Assembly (NCBI GenBank): GCA_951406725.2
Contig: OX597817.1
Span: 38,626,001-38,690,000 of the forward strand
Source of the DNA: Octopus vulgaris
Lineage: Eukaryota
Length of the DNA stretch: 64,000 bases
Reading direction: 5' to 3'
The notes under the pieces were generated by a model. That model worked only from the letters and a program-made list of their open reading frames with translations, searched no databases and was not told the origin of the DNA. A program made the position numbers and the translations under genes. Of this stretch, positions 13,857-27,292 are shown piece by piece. Within the stretch, counting starts at the first letter, position 1. Each line of letters starts with the position of its first letter.

Positions 13857-14330
13857 GTAAGAACGGTTGAGTTCAATTAGAACATTTTTGCTTTGGTGGG
13901 GGTGGGTCCAAAGTTAGATTTCTAATAAAGATTCTTCATATTGAAATTGTAGATTACTAATGTAAGTATTTATACAAAAAAATAGGAAAATTTAACAAGT
14001 ATAAGGTGTGTTATGAGTATTTATAGGATATAATCCTATATAAACTCAACTAACAATTAAAGATGGAGAAGAGAAGATGTTAAAAGTTTTATAAAATTTT
14101 AATCTATGCATACGATCGTTTCAAATGATAACACCATGTAAGAAACATGGAAAAAATTAAATTAATTGTAATTACATATTACCATTCTCCTCAGTGCAAA
14201 AAGATGGAGAAAACATCAGGAACAGAAGAATATTACAGGAGACCACATTGAGTCTGTGTCTCATAACTCAATCGGGTATTCATAAATTGATTGTGAAAGA
14301 TGAAATATAGGAACATGGTTAGGTGGTGTT
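13857..14330 (-). mobile_element. Probable Penelope-like pLTR remnant
   Basis: AT-rich, non-SINE block with a sharp boundary next to a SINE. It contains a hammerhead with palindromic helix III, the form known from Penelope-like pLTRs. The right boundary is approximate. Confidence 0.45.
14107..14198 (-). ncRNA. Type I hammerhead ribozyme motif (long helix II, palindromic helix III)
   Basis: Minus strand: UGCA-CUGAGGA-GAAUGGUAAUAU..loop..GUGUUAUCAUUU-GAAA-CGAUC-GUA/UGCA. Helix II is 12 bp with wobbles and helix III is the palindrome ACGAUCGU. Confidence 0.75.
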
Positions 14331-14521
14331 GAGTCTAGTTGTGTAAGGATATGTATATATGTATGCGTACATAAATTCAGATTGGGATTTTTACTTTGAT
14401 GTATTTGATGTTGCTGAAGTTTCTGTACTATTTCTAATAAGACCAAGTGACTTGCCTTGACCAATAGCAGCCTGAATTCCAGTTGCCATCTTGTACTTCC
14501 TACATCGCCCCATTTGGCCAC

Positions 14522-14577
14522 CTGTGTCTGATGAGTTGGGTATCTGTGACAACCCTATGAAACTCTAAGTTGCATGG
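14522..14577 (+). ncRNA. Degenerate type I hammerhead ribozyme motif
   Basis: CUGUGU-CUGAUGA-GUUGGGU..ACCCUAU-GAAA-CUCUAA-GUU/GCAUGG. Helix I has three G.U pairs and helix II has one U.U mismatch. Confidence 0.6.
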
Positions 14578-15067
14578 AACCAAATCAAACTTTTAAACAA
14601 TGATGATGATGATGATAATACACTGGTTCACCGTAACAAGCAACTAGACTAGCCTAAATACACTACTGCACATTATATTTTTATTGTATACTTCTCCAGA
14701 CTGTTACCCTACAATATACTTTTGTGTGTGTAATTTTGTGTTTGTGTGTCTCTCACTGTTTGACAACTGGTATTGGTTTTGTTTATTCCATGTTCAGCAA
14801 CAAGTGACTAATAGAATGACTACTAGATTTATTGCTGGCCATTGCTTAAGTAGCATGTAGAGCTACATTATCTACTGTGAGACCTCTGTTTCTGCAGTAG
14901 TAAAGATGTGATTTGAAGTGTTTGGCTTCTCTTTATTACAGATCGAGAAAGATGAAAAGAAAACAGGGATATGAATATATTATTTGCTGTTGAATTTCAT
15001 CTTTGTAGAACAACTTCTCCTTGTAGGTGATGTGTGCTGATGACTCACTCTTCAGTGATGTAGTGGA

Positions 15068-15114
15068 CCCTCAGACACCACTGTTTCAGCATGAATCTGC
15101 CTCTTCAGTGAAGA
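15068..15114 (-). ncRNA. Minimal type I hammerhead ribozyme motif
   Basis: Minus strand: UCUUCA-CUGAAGA-GGCA gauuca UGCU-GAAA-CA gugg U-GUC/UGAGGG. All three helices pair. Confidence 0.75.
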
Positions 15115-15784
15115 CATTGCTCAGAACTCTGAAGCTATATCTGTGTATGTGTAACTGGTAGTTTGCTTATCAGTCTTGAAAGACAAATGTTAGCCTTAGT
15201 GTGAGTTGAACTCAGAATACTGAGAGCCAGAAAATATATTCCATGGCATTTTATATGCTGCTCTAATAACTGCCAGTTTAGTGTGTCTGTGTGTAATATA
15301 TGCATACATACATACATACAAATATAAGCAAATGTATATATATATATATATATATATATACATACATTCACACACACACACATATATATGTCAATCCCCC
15401 TGGACTCCCTTTTGATCATACTAATGTTGGAAGGGGAGAGTAATGTTTGGAATGAGAGGTACAGGAGGAGGAGATCTATTAGAAAAAGTGAGTAGGGGAG
15501 GAGGAAAAGTGCTAGGAACATAGCAAGCAGAGGGATAGTATATGTGCATGGGTATGTTTCTGGGACTGTATTTTCAAGCATATGTATGGGTATGTTCATA
15601 TGTGTGTATGTTGTTGTTGGGTGGGTGTGGGTGTGGGTGTGCGTGTCCCTGTGTAGACTTAACCTCCCCCACTACCATCTTCATCTCCAGTACCATCATC
15701 ACCTCTGCCTCCACCATTTCCTGTTAGGCCAGCTGTTTGGCCTAGAGAGTATAAATAAGCTTCCATAAAACTACCATAGCATTT

Positions 15785-15815
<31 letters not shown>

Positions 15816-18028
15816 ATCTATCTATCTCTTTCTTTCTTGCTCTCTTTTACCTCGATGCCATCATCACCATACCTCCCCCCTATACTTCCCTCATCTCCCC
15901 ATCTCCACCTCACCCCTCTCTGCTGCCAGCCAAGGCAGGCTGCTTCTGCGCCTCATTACCACCAGCAACAGGAACAGCTCCCCCATCACCATCATCATCA
16001 TCATCATCATTTTTGTAAATTGCTCTACTTCCTTTCCTAATTTTTCTAGTGTACTCTCACCCCTTCTCCACACACATCTTGTTCTCCTTTCTTATTCTCT
16101 CTCTATCTCTCACTCCTTCTCTCAGGATGTCAAATCTATCCACATCTACCCACATCACACACACATATAACATAGTCTCACACACACACACACACACACA
16201 CATTCAAACATGTGCACTCACTCATAGATTCAGACTTCAGACTTGTAGATATCCACTCATAAAGCAACCCTAACTCAAACTCTCACTCAACCGCAATGAA
16301 CAAGTTATTTCACTCAGACATTCAAGCTGATGGAATGGTATATATTCAGAGATAAAAAAAAAAGTATATTTCTCCTCTCTATATTCTCTTTCATTCTCCC
16401 TCACTTATTCTCTCTGTTTCTCTTTCTCCCACTCACTTTGTCTCTCTTTCTCTCTATCGCTGTTTCCCATCCTCCCACACACCAGTCAAACCACCTCCCT
16501 TCCTTTACCTACCTTTACAGATACACTACTTCATCATTTTTAGCTTCCTATCTTCCCTACTCTTCCCCCACTCTCTCATCAGGCACACACACATATATAC
16601 ATACATATACAATATATATAATCTTACATAAACAAATATAACTACGCATATAGACTAACATATGTGCACACTTACACACACGCACATATACATTGCATCA
16701 CCAACCCTCAAAGCAACCAGTACTTCCATCACCAACAACACTATCATCATCATCATCATCATCATCGTCACCACCACCACCACCACTACTAATACTACTA
16801 CTGCCACCACCTCCAGCAAGGGAGCTATCAGAGTGAAAGGAAGCATGTGGGCAGAAGTTATATATCTACCCCACATATCTCTCTCTGTCTCTCTGTCTCT
16901 CTCTCTCTCTCTTACTCTCTCTTTCTTTCTTTCTCTTCGTGTTAAGATTTGGTTGGCAGAGATGTGTTTTAATATATTAAGGCTTAGCTTAGTTTCAGGA
17001 TGGGGTGAGGTAGAGGTCTCTTCATAGGGAAGGTTGTGGCTGGCTGGCTGGCTGGCTAAGGGTGGAGGGTGGTAGTGGGTGCTGTACCAACATGAATGTG
17101 GGTGGGTAATCAGAATGGAAGATAGATACCTAGAGATAGATAGAGGGTAGAGGGATGGGGTGGGAGATTTTTCTTCTGGAGAATGAAAGCAGGATAGTGA
17201 TGTGGGGAATAGGGTGTCTATTCTACCACCATCACCACCCTGCCACTAATACTTCCACCTACTGGCATTTTCACACTGCCTTGAGGGGTGGGGTGAGTTG
17301 AGAGTGAAAGTGTGAAGGGAGGAAGTACATGTGGAGGGGTGCTCAAGGAATATAAAATGTTTTTTACAGATAAGACAGACCCTGGAATGATGGTATACAG
17401 AGAGAAATTATGAGAGAAATTTCTCTTCCTCTCTCGCCCTATCTCTGTTTCTCTCTCTCACTTTATATATGTGTGTGTGTGTAGATATATATGTATGTAT
17501 ATATCTACACACACACATACATATTATAGGCACCAGACATACATGCATACACACACGTGTCTATGTTTGTAAGCATCATGTGTGATCTATATAGAGGTAC
17601 TCATTCATATGGATACAGACAGACATGCATGCATTCAAATGCAACTTAATGCAACATGTGGAATTGCACCTGAGTTGTGAATATCTATTCATGAGAAAGA
17701 CAACAGTACACACATATGAACATAACAGATACACACACACATATTGTATATACATGTGTGTGTATGTGTGTGTATACATACACGTATATGTATGTATACT
17801 TATACACACACACACACACACACAGATACGTATGTGTACGCACTGATCTATGTTGGCATTTAGTATATCTTTATTTATCTTATTCATCCCAGTGTCCACC
17901 CAGTTATTTCTCTTCATTCAGCTTTATTTTAATTATGTAAATTACCCTAAGCCATGAATCTATTCTTTTTGCATATTCCCAAGTACTAGTGAGTTGGAGA
18001 ACTGCTGTGCTAGTGAAAATTTATTGAG

Positions 18029-18177
18029 GCATTTAAACCAGCTAGACCCAGGCTCTCACACCTACCCTACAATGTCATTCTAAATATAAATTAATCACAT
18101 CATTGAAATCTGCATTCTTAATTCAACACAATGTAAATGAAAATAAACATTACAATTTGACATCATTTGCTAAAGGG
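18029..18177. mobile_element. Partial piggyBac-type MITE of a second family
   Basis: Terminus GCTAAAGGG-TTAA. The other TIR was not found. Confidence 0.45.
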
Positions 18178-20379
18178 TTAAACACACACACACACACACA
18201 CACAATAGGTGCAGGTATGGCTGTATGGCAAAGAACCTTGCTTTTCTCAAACATGTATTTTCATGTGCACTCCCATCATGCAGTACCTTTAGCAAATGTC
18301 TTGTACCATGGCCCAGGCCCAATGAAACCTTGTGAGTGGATGTAGTAAATGGTCTGAATTCTTGCAACAAAACAAATTCCAATAAAAAGTACCCAGGGTA
18401 CAGATGATGGTGTCAGGCCTGGCAATGAATTAAGTCTACCTCTCAAGAACAGATATATAGCCTTGCACATAGTTTCCATCTACCTGACTTCTCTTGCAAC
18501 ACTTGGGTTGAGCTGAGGCCATAGTAGCACACTTGCACAGACTACTGTACAGTGGAAACCAGGAACTAACCAACCTTTTTGACCAGATGGCCATGCCTGC
18601 ATCAAAAACCTTAATACCTTCTAAGGTAATTATTGGCTAAATTCACATAACTGTGAATTTTGAGGAGAAATGGATTACCACTGTTGGCAAAATGGAATGT
18701 GTGTGTGTTTTGTTTGTTTATATTGCTGCATTCAGAAAAATAAACTAGCATTGAATGGTAGTAGACCTAACTCTAGCACTTGATTTAATACCACCTTGCC
18801 TACTAGTCTTTAGTAGAGTTAATCTTGTTAAAGCCTTCAAGCCAGTCTACAGTTCACTCCATGCCCACATTTTTTTCTGATGTCGTTGACCTGCAGATGT
18901 TTGGGCCAAGCATTAACAATATCAACCTCACCAATTAGGTAGGTGTTGTAAAGGTAATTGGCCTTGTACATCACCCTTGAATAACTATCCAGAAAGAGCC
19001 TTTTCTTTCTAAGGTTTCAATTCTTCAAAACTGGGATAGGTTCCAATAATCCATGATGGTAACTTTTAATAAGATCATTAGTGAAGAGTTCCGTAACCTT
19101 TTCAGTCCTTGAAATGCAACTGAAAATTTCATCTACTGTCTGGTACATTTTCAATCTTAAGGGTCATTACTCCAATTGTCATTATCATCGTCATCATCCT
19201 CTTCATCATTGCACCTTTACTTTCCATGAGGCAGAGTTAGTTACTATCTCTAGCAAATTGAGCAGCCACGCAGAAGCAATCTCAGTGACTCATTTGTACA
19301 TAGTTTATTTACATTGTGTGCATTATGTACATGCATGCACCTAGATGCACACACACACACACACACTCATACACATATGCATATTTTAGATGGGTACATC
19401 AGTGTTAATGGGGTTGTTTGTCCAGCCCAGTAATGTTTGAAATACCTGACCATGTCATTCTGTCCCAGACTATGTATGAATCACATCTTGCTCTGCTTCA
19501 TGAAGGATGTCTGTACCTCTGTACAACTGCAGGCTTTCATTGTTTTGAGGGATTTCTTTTTCTCTTTTTGAATTTGGTAGAACAATGTGTTCAACTAATA
19601 ATGTACATCTTATGTCTTATCTATCTTATCTTATCAATATAAAGGCAGTATGATAATTTGCTTCTTCAGAGTTTGTAAACACTTAGGCTTAACTTGGGAT
19701 CTCAATAGAATTTGTTTTGAATTTTAAAATCTTAAACAAGTAGGAATAGTGTGTGTGTCTGTGTGTTTGTGTGTGTGTATAGGAGAGAGGAACTCTGACT
19801 GTAACACGCATCTTCCTTGGGATATAGTGATAGTCACTAACATAGATAACTTTTCCTGAGATTTACTTAATTTATTTAATCAATGTTTGAATCTGTATTT
19901 GTCCTAAGTTCTGTTCATCCAACTTAATCTGAACAAATCTGTATGGCATGTGTGTGTGTGTGTGTGTGCATGTGCATGCATGTGTGTATATGTATGTGTT
20001 ATGAATTCTTTTATTCTTTTACTTGTTTCAGTCATTTTGACTGTGGCCATGCTGGAGCACCACCTTTTAATCAAAGAAATCGACCCTTGGACTTATTCTT
20101 TGTAAGCCTGGTACTTATTCTATCAGTCTCTTTTGCGGAACTACTAGTTACGGGGATGTAAACACACCAACATCAGTTGTCTAGCGATTGTGGCGGGACA
20201 AACACAGACACAAACACACAAATATATATATGACAGGCTTCTTTCAGTTTCCGTCTACCAAATCCACTCACAGGGCTTTAATAGGCCCGAGGCTATAGTA
20301 GAAGACACTTGCCTAAGGTGCCACACACTGGAACTGAACCCAGAATCATGTGGTTGGGAAGCAATATATATATATGTAT

Positions 20380-21160
20380 GAAGTTCTTAGTTTTATAATT
20401 CAGTATGCTATTGTTTATTTTCATTTGGATATTGGTTCTGCAATTGAAACAGCAGTTTTGTGTCTATCCAATCCCTACTCAAGAGTACAATGCTATATTC
20501 TGAAATTACTATTGGTAGGATATGATTTTACAACCCTTGAATTGATAATCTATCATCTTGATCAGTATTCCATTTCACGTCTGTTGAGGGTGAGTTTCAA
20601 CATTCTCCCAGAGGTCTCTTAAGATGACTTCTTAGTTCTACTTTTGTATATTTTAGCACACAGGAGTTAACTCATATAACACTTATTTCAAAATAGGAGC
20701 CTGAAGAAATCTGGTATCTGTATCTAACATCTTGGTAAGAACATGGTATGAGCTCTGGTGGGTTTTGAACAAGTCTGGATATTTCATATTTCATAGTTTC
20801 TATATCCCAATATGTCTCCTGACAAAAGAATAGCAGATGGCTGCATCGGTAGAGTAACAGACAAAAGCGCTTTATGGTATTTAATTGCATTGTTTCACAT
20901 ACGGAATTCAAATCTTGCTCTGATTTGACTCCAGGTTTTAGTCATTTGAATAGTAATCAAATGCTGATATTGATTTAATTAATGTGATCCATCTACTAAA
21001 ATTTGTGATTTTTGTGCCTTCATTAGAAATTGATATATTAGCAACAATTTTAGTTATTAATCCCTGTAGTTTGAAGGATAGATAGGTAGATAAAACTGAT
21101 CCTTCAAGCACCTGAAATTGTATTAGTGTGGTCCTGCCCCTATGAAATACCATAAAACAA
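20380..21160 (-). pseudogene. Possible heavily decayed non-LTR retrotransposon (RLE clade) fragment
   Basis: Minus-strand peptides resemble LINE motifs (FHRGRTTLI; RC...FCQET..DI) with many stops and frameshifts. Confidence 0.35.
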
Positions 21161-23289
21161 ATAATACTTTGTAAAGTATACTAGCCATCTCAATATGGCT
21201 AACCGCTAAGGGTGGGTGTTACTGTAGCTTTTAGCCCCAGGAGATCATCGTCTCCAGCTGGCTTTAGGCACAGGTTTCATCAGAGCAAGAGGGACAGACC
21301 CATATTCCCTTTTTAGGACCCCCAACAGTGTTAAGAGAAAGAGACTAACTTAAACACTAGTGACAGAATAGACTCTACTAAGGATACTCAAGGTACCAAG
21401 CAGGATTGTTAAACCAGGTGACATATTAAATCTGTTACCCAAGTAGGTCTTGGCATGATTTGAACTTAGATGTAAAGTGCCAGAGTAACTACAGCAAGGT
21501 GTCTAGTCTGATGTTTTTACAGTTTATCTCAAAACTTACTCTTTTAAGAGCTAGCAGAAAGAGATAAAAACATACTGAGTTCAAGTACTTCCCTCTTTTT
21601 AAAGATGGTAGGTATTATTTATAGTAGATTTGGACTGGTTACTATTATTTCTAGGCGGATGAGCTGCTGGTGTAGAGGCTCCACTCATTTGCTCATAAAA
21701 CTTTATTAGCTCAGTATTATGTATTTGAGACTTGATGTGATAATGTTCTGCGTTGTGTGTGTGTGAGAGAGAGAGACACACAGACAGACAGACAAACAGA
21801 CAAACAGATAGAAACAGGGTTAGGATTAAATAGTTTACATTGGCACCTAGCCAACTGCCAATTTTTGGGCAAGGTGGATGAGGTTACAGTTGTTTGAATC
21901 AATCCCAGCATTCAATCAACCCATCTTGGAACAAGGGGAGGCAAAGTTGATTGCTGTAGGATTTGATCCAAGAACACAAAAGAGTACAACTAAATATTGG
22001 CAAGCATTTATTTAGGAAACCCTACTACTATCCCTGGCATTGAGTGTATAGGTTTGTTTGTGTATCAATATAGATCAGTCTACATACCATTTGGTGAGCA
22101 CTAAAAACAAAGGGAGTTAACTCTTAAAAAGAAATGTAACTCATAGTTAACTTAGCCATTTGGTGAAGGTGGAAGACTGTCAGAACCTTTAGAACATTAG
22201 AAAAAAATGTTTTATGGTATTTCTTTCAGCTCTTTACATTCTGAGTTTCAATTCCACCATGTGATCTTTGCCTGTCATCCTTTCAAGGGTCAATAAAATC
22301 TAGTACCATCAAATACTGGTCAATGGTATTGACTTGTCCCTTCCCCTCACTGGCCTTGCACCTTAAATCAAAAGCAAAATAAATCAAGTACCAGATTAAG
22401 TTAACAGTAGATTTGAGTGGATGATAGGTAGTGATGTGATAGGAGTGCTGACTGACACTATTGAAGGCAGTGCCCCAGCATGGCCTCAGTAGAAGAGTAA
22501 TAAGAGAATAGACAATCTCTATGGCACAAGTGAATGTGGAAGTATTTGTTTAAAGATGAAGGGAGAGGGTAGAAGATTCTGTTAGACATTTTCTTAATAT
22601 TTAGATTGAGAAAGGCAAGTCTGGGTAGATGGGAGAGTTGGGGGGAGGAGAGGAAGAGAGAGAGTGGGAGGAGGTCAGTCAGAAAGAGAGGACAGGGAGA
22701 AGCAATGGTAAAACATACATGGAAGCAGGGGGAGAAAGAGGTGTGGGGGTGTAAGACCACATCTAAATTTTGAGGATGGTGAGAGGAGGGAGAGTTATGG
22801 ACTCTCCATCTTTCAGAATGGGTGGTGGTGGTGGTGGGGATAGGGATAGTAGTTAGCAGTGAGGAGGAGGAGGGGTGATTGGGTGGTAGAAAGGTGGTGG
22901 AGTGGGTGAAAGGAAGAAGATGGAGCTCACAGCTGTTGGTTGGAGGAAGCTGGCAGCCAGATGGGCTGTGTGGGTGGACAAAGGTGATGATGAAGTCTCT
23001 GAGGAAGGATCTGATTAATTGCCATGTTGGAGAGGGAAGTTGCATGGAGATGGCGGGGGGGGGGATAGACAGAGAGAGAGAGAGAGAGAGACAACTTGAA
23101 GTATTGAAGCACACACACACAAACACAAACTTGGCAGATAATAGCAACAGGAACACTCTCCCATCTTCACCACTACTACAGCTAACACTACCCCCCATCA
23201 CCACCTATCATTATCAGTAGCAGCAGCATGAACACCCTCACTACCAAAAATACTATCATCACCATCATAACTGCCACTAGATGTTCTGT

Positions 23290-23344
<55 letters not shown>

Positions 23345-23903
23345 CTATCTATCTATCTCTGGCTTACTTCAAGTGACCTTCATTGCAAAGGGAACAGGAA
23401 GTTGGTTTCTCTGCTACCAAATTGATTACATGGAACAAAAAACTTCTGCTAGTCTAATTGAACTGAACTTGTGGTATTTTATTTTAATTTTGTTGTTTTG
23501 GTGAGGGTTTTTTAGGTTTCTTTTCTTTTCTTTTTTTACTATATTTATTTATATGTATACTTTTTTTGGTTTGAACATATGGTACTTTGATTAAACAGTA
23601 CATGTGTGGAAGTCTCAAGAAACTTCAGGAAACTTCAGCTTTATACTTAGAATACAATTTTGAAGGCTAAAAACGATGTGTGTGTGCACATGCAAGTGAG
23701 TGAAGAAGTTCCTGAGTTTTTATGGATTGACACTTTGAGAGAGGGGAATAAATTCTCTCTCTCTCTCTCTTTTCTGCCACAACAGTTTCTGTATAAGTTC
23801 AGTATACAGAGACATTGTACAAATTTCACTGTATAATTTTTTGGCAATACCAAACACCACTGCCATATGATTTCATCTTTTTTACCTGTATATAAAAAAA
23901 AAA

Positions 23904-23965
<62 letters not shown>

Positions 23966-24252
23966 CACAGTTAAATGACTGTATTTGTGTGTCTGTGTTT
24001 GACCCCCATCATCGCTTGACAACCAATATTGGTGTGTTTATGTCACTGTAACTTAGTGGTTCAGCAAAAGAGACCGATAGAATAAGTACTAGGCTTACAA
24101 AGAATAAGTCCTGTAATCAGTCTGTTCGACTAAAGGCAGTGCTCCAGCATGGCCGCAGTCAAATGACTGAAACAAATGAAAGAAAATATATATATAAAAC
24201 TATCACTTGCAATCAAACATGACTACATATTTTTTTTGATATGAGCAGTATA

Positions 24253-24641
24253 GGCGCAGGAGTGGCTGTGTGGTAAGTAGCTTGCTTACCAACCACATGG
24301 TTCCAGGTTCAGTCCCACTGCGTGGCACCTTGGGCAAGTGTCTTCTACTATAGCCTCGGGCCGACCAAAGCCTTGTGAGTGGATTTGGTAGACGGAAACT
24401 AAAAGAAGCCCATCGTATATATGTATATATATATATGTGTGTGTGCGTGTCCCCCTAGCATTGCTTGACAACCGATGCTGGTGTGTTTATGTCTCCGTCA
24501 CTTAGCGGTTCAGCAAAAGAGACCGATAGAATAAGTACTGGGCTTACAAAGAATAAGTCCCTGGGTCGAGTTGCTCGATTAAAAGCGGTGCTCCAGCATG
24601 GCCGCAGTCAAATGACTGAAACAAGTAAAAGAGTCAAAGAG
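24253..24641 (+). mobile_element. tRNA-derived SINE family A (best copy), with an internal TA/TG microsatellite and an (AAGAGT)-like tail
   Basis: A-box TGGCTGTGTGGTAAG and B-box GGTTCAGTCCC. Related copies or fragments lie near 2030, 3390, 9220, 10720(-), 20010(-), 23980, 24960, 26125(-), 35430, 40630, 50890 and 61580. Some (2030, 3390, 35430) carry a different 3' half ending in (GAT)n. Confidence 0.9.
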
Positions 24642-26834
24642 TTAATGTAGTGTGTTTTCAGCAGTAGTCACAGATGGACACAGAAACTCACTCAATTCTC
24701 TCAAATTTGGAACTGCAGAACATCAAGGACATGACAGAAGTGTAGAGGACTGCATCTCAGCTCTTAACCGGTACTTTATTTTACTGAAATCAGAAGGATA
24801 AACTGTGAAGTTGACCTCTGCCAGATTTGAGCTCAGAAAATGAGCAAGAAATTTAGATACGTTCATGTGCTGTGGGAAGATAGAAACCATGATGTCTCAA
24901 TCAAAACCTTTTCTTGAGAGAGGGGGAGAGAATATTTTTTAAAGTTTAAAATAAGCATTGTGAGTAGTATTATTAAGAAATCTGCTTTGCCACCATTTGG
25001 TTAAGAATTCAGTCCTACTGCATGGCACAGTCTGATCAGGCCTTGTAAGTGGGTTTGATGGATGGAAATTGTGTAGAAGACCATTGTGTATGTGTGTGGC
25101 TTTATACTTGTCTCTCACTGCTTGAGAACTGGTGCTAGTTTGTTTACAGCCCTGTAACTCAGCAGTTTGGCAAAAAGAGACTAATAGAATAAGTACCAGT
25201 GTTCAAAATATAAAGTACTGTGCTTGATCCAATCAACTAAACCCTTCTATGCAATACTCCATGATGATCACAGTCCAGTGATGGAATCAAGTAAGAGAAT
25301 AAAACTATTCCATGCAGATAGGCATACTTCATCATACTTATTCAATATTCATATGCATATTCAATGGTATGTAGATAAGCATATACTAGACAGGGAATAA
25401 TGAGAAATGGAATATTCTATGCGGCTTCAGACTAGCAATTAGCAGACATTGGTTATATTATATACAGCTTCTTTGTCATTTCGCATAGTAAATACCCCAA
25501 TATATCAAGATCAAGTCAGTTTCTCCCAGCCTGAAATGAAATCAGTACCTGTGGTGTGCTAGAATCAATAGATCAATCAAATTGATCTATCTTTACCCAT
25601 TTTACATCACAAATAATTGCCTTGTGCATCAGAAAACAACTACTATTTAAATGTGGCATTGTATGATAGTAAGTTCCTGCTGAATGGAAGCTTACAGCCT
25701 GGTTTTGATTACCTGTTCACGCAGGTAGGTTTTCTATAGGTTTCTTTCAAAAGAGCTCTCAAAATAGCTGAAGAAACTATTTCACTAAATAGTTGTAAAC
25801 AGCAGATTGTTGGTTATGAATGTTATATTATTGTATGTTATGTTCACTGTATTGTTGTTGTATTTTATGTCCACTAACACAGTCGAGAAGACAGTTATAT
25901 TGAAAAGAACAATGTGACTTCTTGCCTCACTTGTAAAATGGTATGCCATGCTTTGTTTGGTTCTCAATATGTCATTTAAGGAGTCTCTCATGGATAGAAA
26001 AGGTGATAAATTGGCTAAGTGGTTACTGTGTTGGATAGAAGGATGCTTTGCAGTATTTGTTCCCACTCTGCACTCTAAGTTCAAATCACAAAAAAAGTTC
26101 TCTTTCTTTTTTTCATATTCTTTTTTATTCTTTTGCTTGTTTCAGTCATTTGACTGTGGCCATGCTGGAGCACCACTTTTTGTCAAACAAATCAACCCCA
26201 GGACTTATTACTTGTAAGCTTAGTACTTATTCTATTGGTCTCTTTTGCCAAACTGCTAAGTTACAGGGACATAAACATACTAACATTGGTTGTCAAGCAA
26301 TGGTGGGGGGAACAAACACAGACATACAAACATATATATATGGCAGAGGCTTCTTTCAGTTTCCATCTACCAAATCTACTCAAGGCTATTGTAGAAGACA
26401 CTTGCCCAAGGTTCCACACAGTGGGACCTGAAGTCAGAACCATGTGGTTGGGAACCAAGCTTCTTACACACAGCCATGCCTGCACCTATACACAGGCACA
26501 CCTGTCAATAAATGAAGGCTCCAATTCTAGGCTGTGGATTAGTGGACTTGTCGGAATGCTGGATGAGATGCTTCATAGAATCTGTTCTAGCTCATATACA
26601 ACCTGATTTAAAATTTTGATCCATCATTAAAAAATGGTGACACTTCTGTCAGTTAGAAGTTGTGACTAGCAAGTTGTATCAACAAATTGACCAACCATGG
26701 TCTGATCAGGTCAACTGTTGGAGTTACCAGAGACCTCCTGTAGGGTCAATCTCCTTCATGGTAACTAGTCTGTGTAGTGAAAACGGATATGTAATGTATC
26801 TATCTCTCCATATATATATATATGTATTATATAC

Positions 26835-26866
<32 letters not shown>

Positions 26867-27211
26867 ATAAACACACACACTCACACACACACACATCTGT
26901 AGTTGAATACATATGATACACACAATGAATACCTAATAATGAATAAAGCTGTTTATGGTCTCCTGCTAGATTGTGTGTGTGTGTGTGCGTGCACATACAC
27001 ACACACGCATACACATACATAAGCTGTTGCTATATTTACTTTTATATGCCTGGTCCTTCTCTGGCAACTATGTCATTTGATGTCACATGACTTTTGTCTA
27101 GCTGCAAATGTCAACCCAAAGGACATGTGGAAATGAAGAGAAGAAAAAAATTCTAATGAAATTTACAGGCTGAAGATAATTAACTACAAAATCTTCCAGC
27201 CTGTGTGTCTG

Positions 27212-27292
<81 letters not shown>

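Noticed and set aside
14261-14521. 86-aa ORF between the two hammerheads, and an IGQGKS peptide in another frame as a possible GIY-YIG relic
   Set aside because: No convincing GIY-YIG or RT motif can be read by eye. A profile search would be needed.
22458-23204. 248-aa minus-strand ORF
   Set aside because: It is a low-complexity S/L/P/H/T translation of purine-rich and STR sequence, with no domain and no supporting splice structure.
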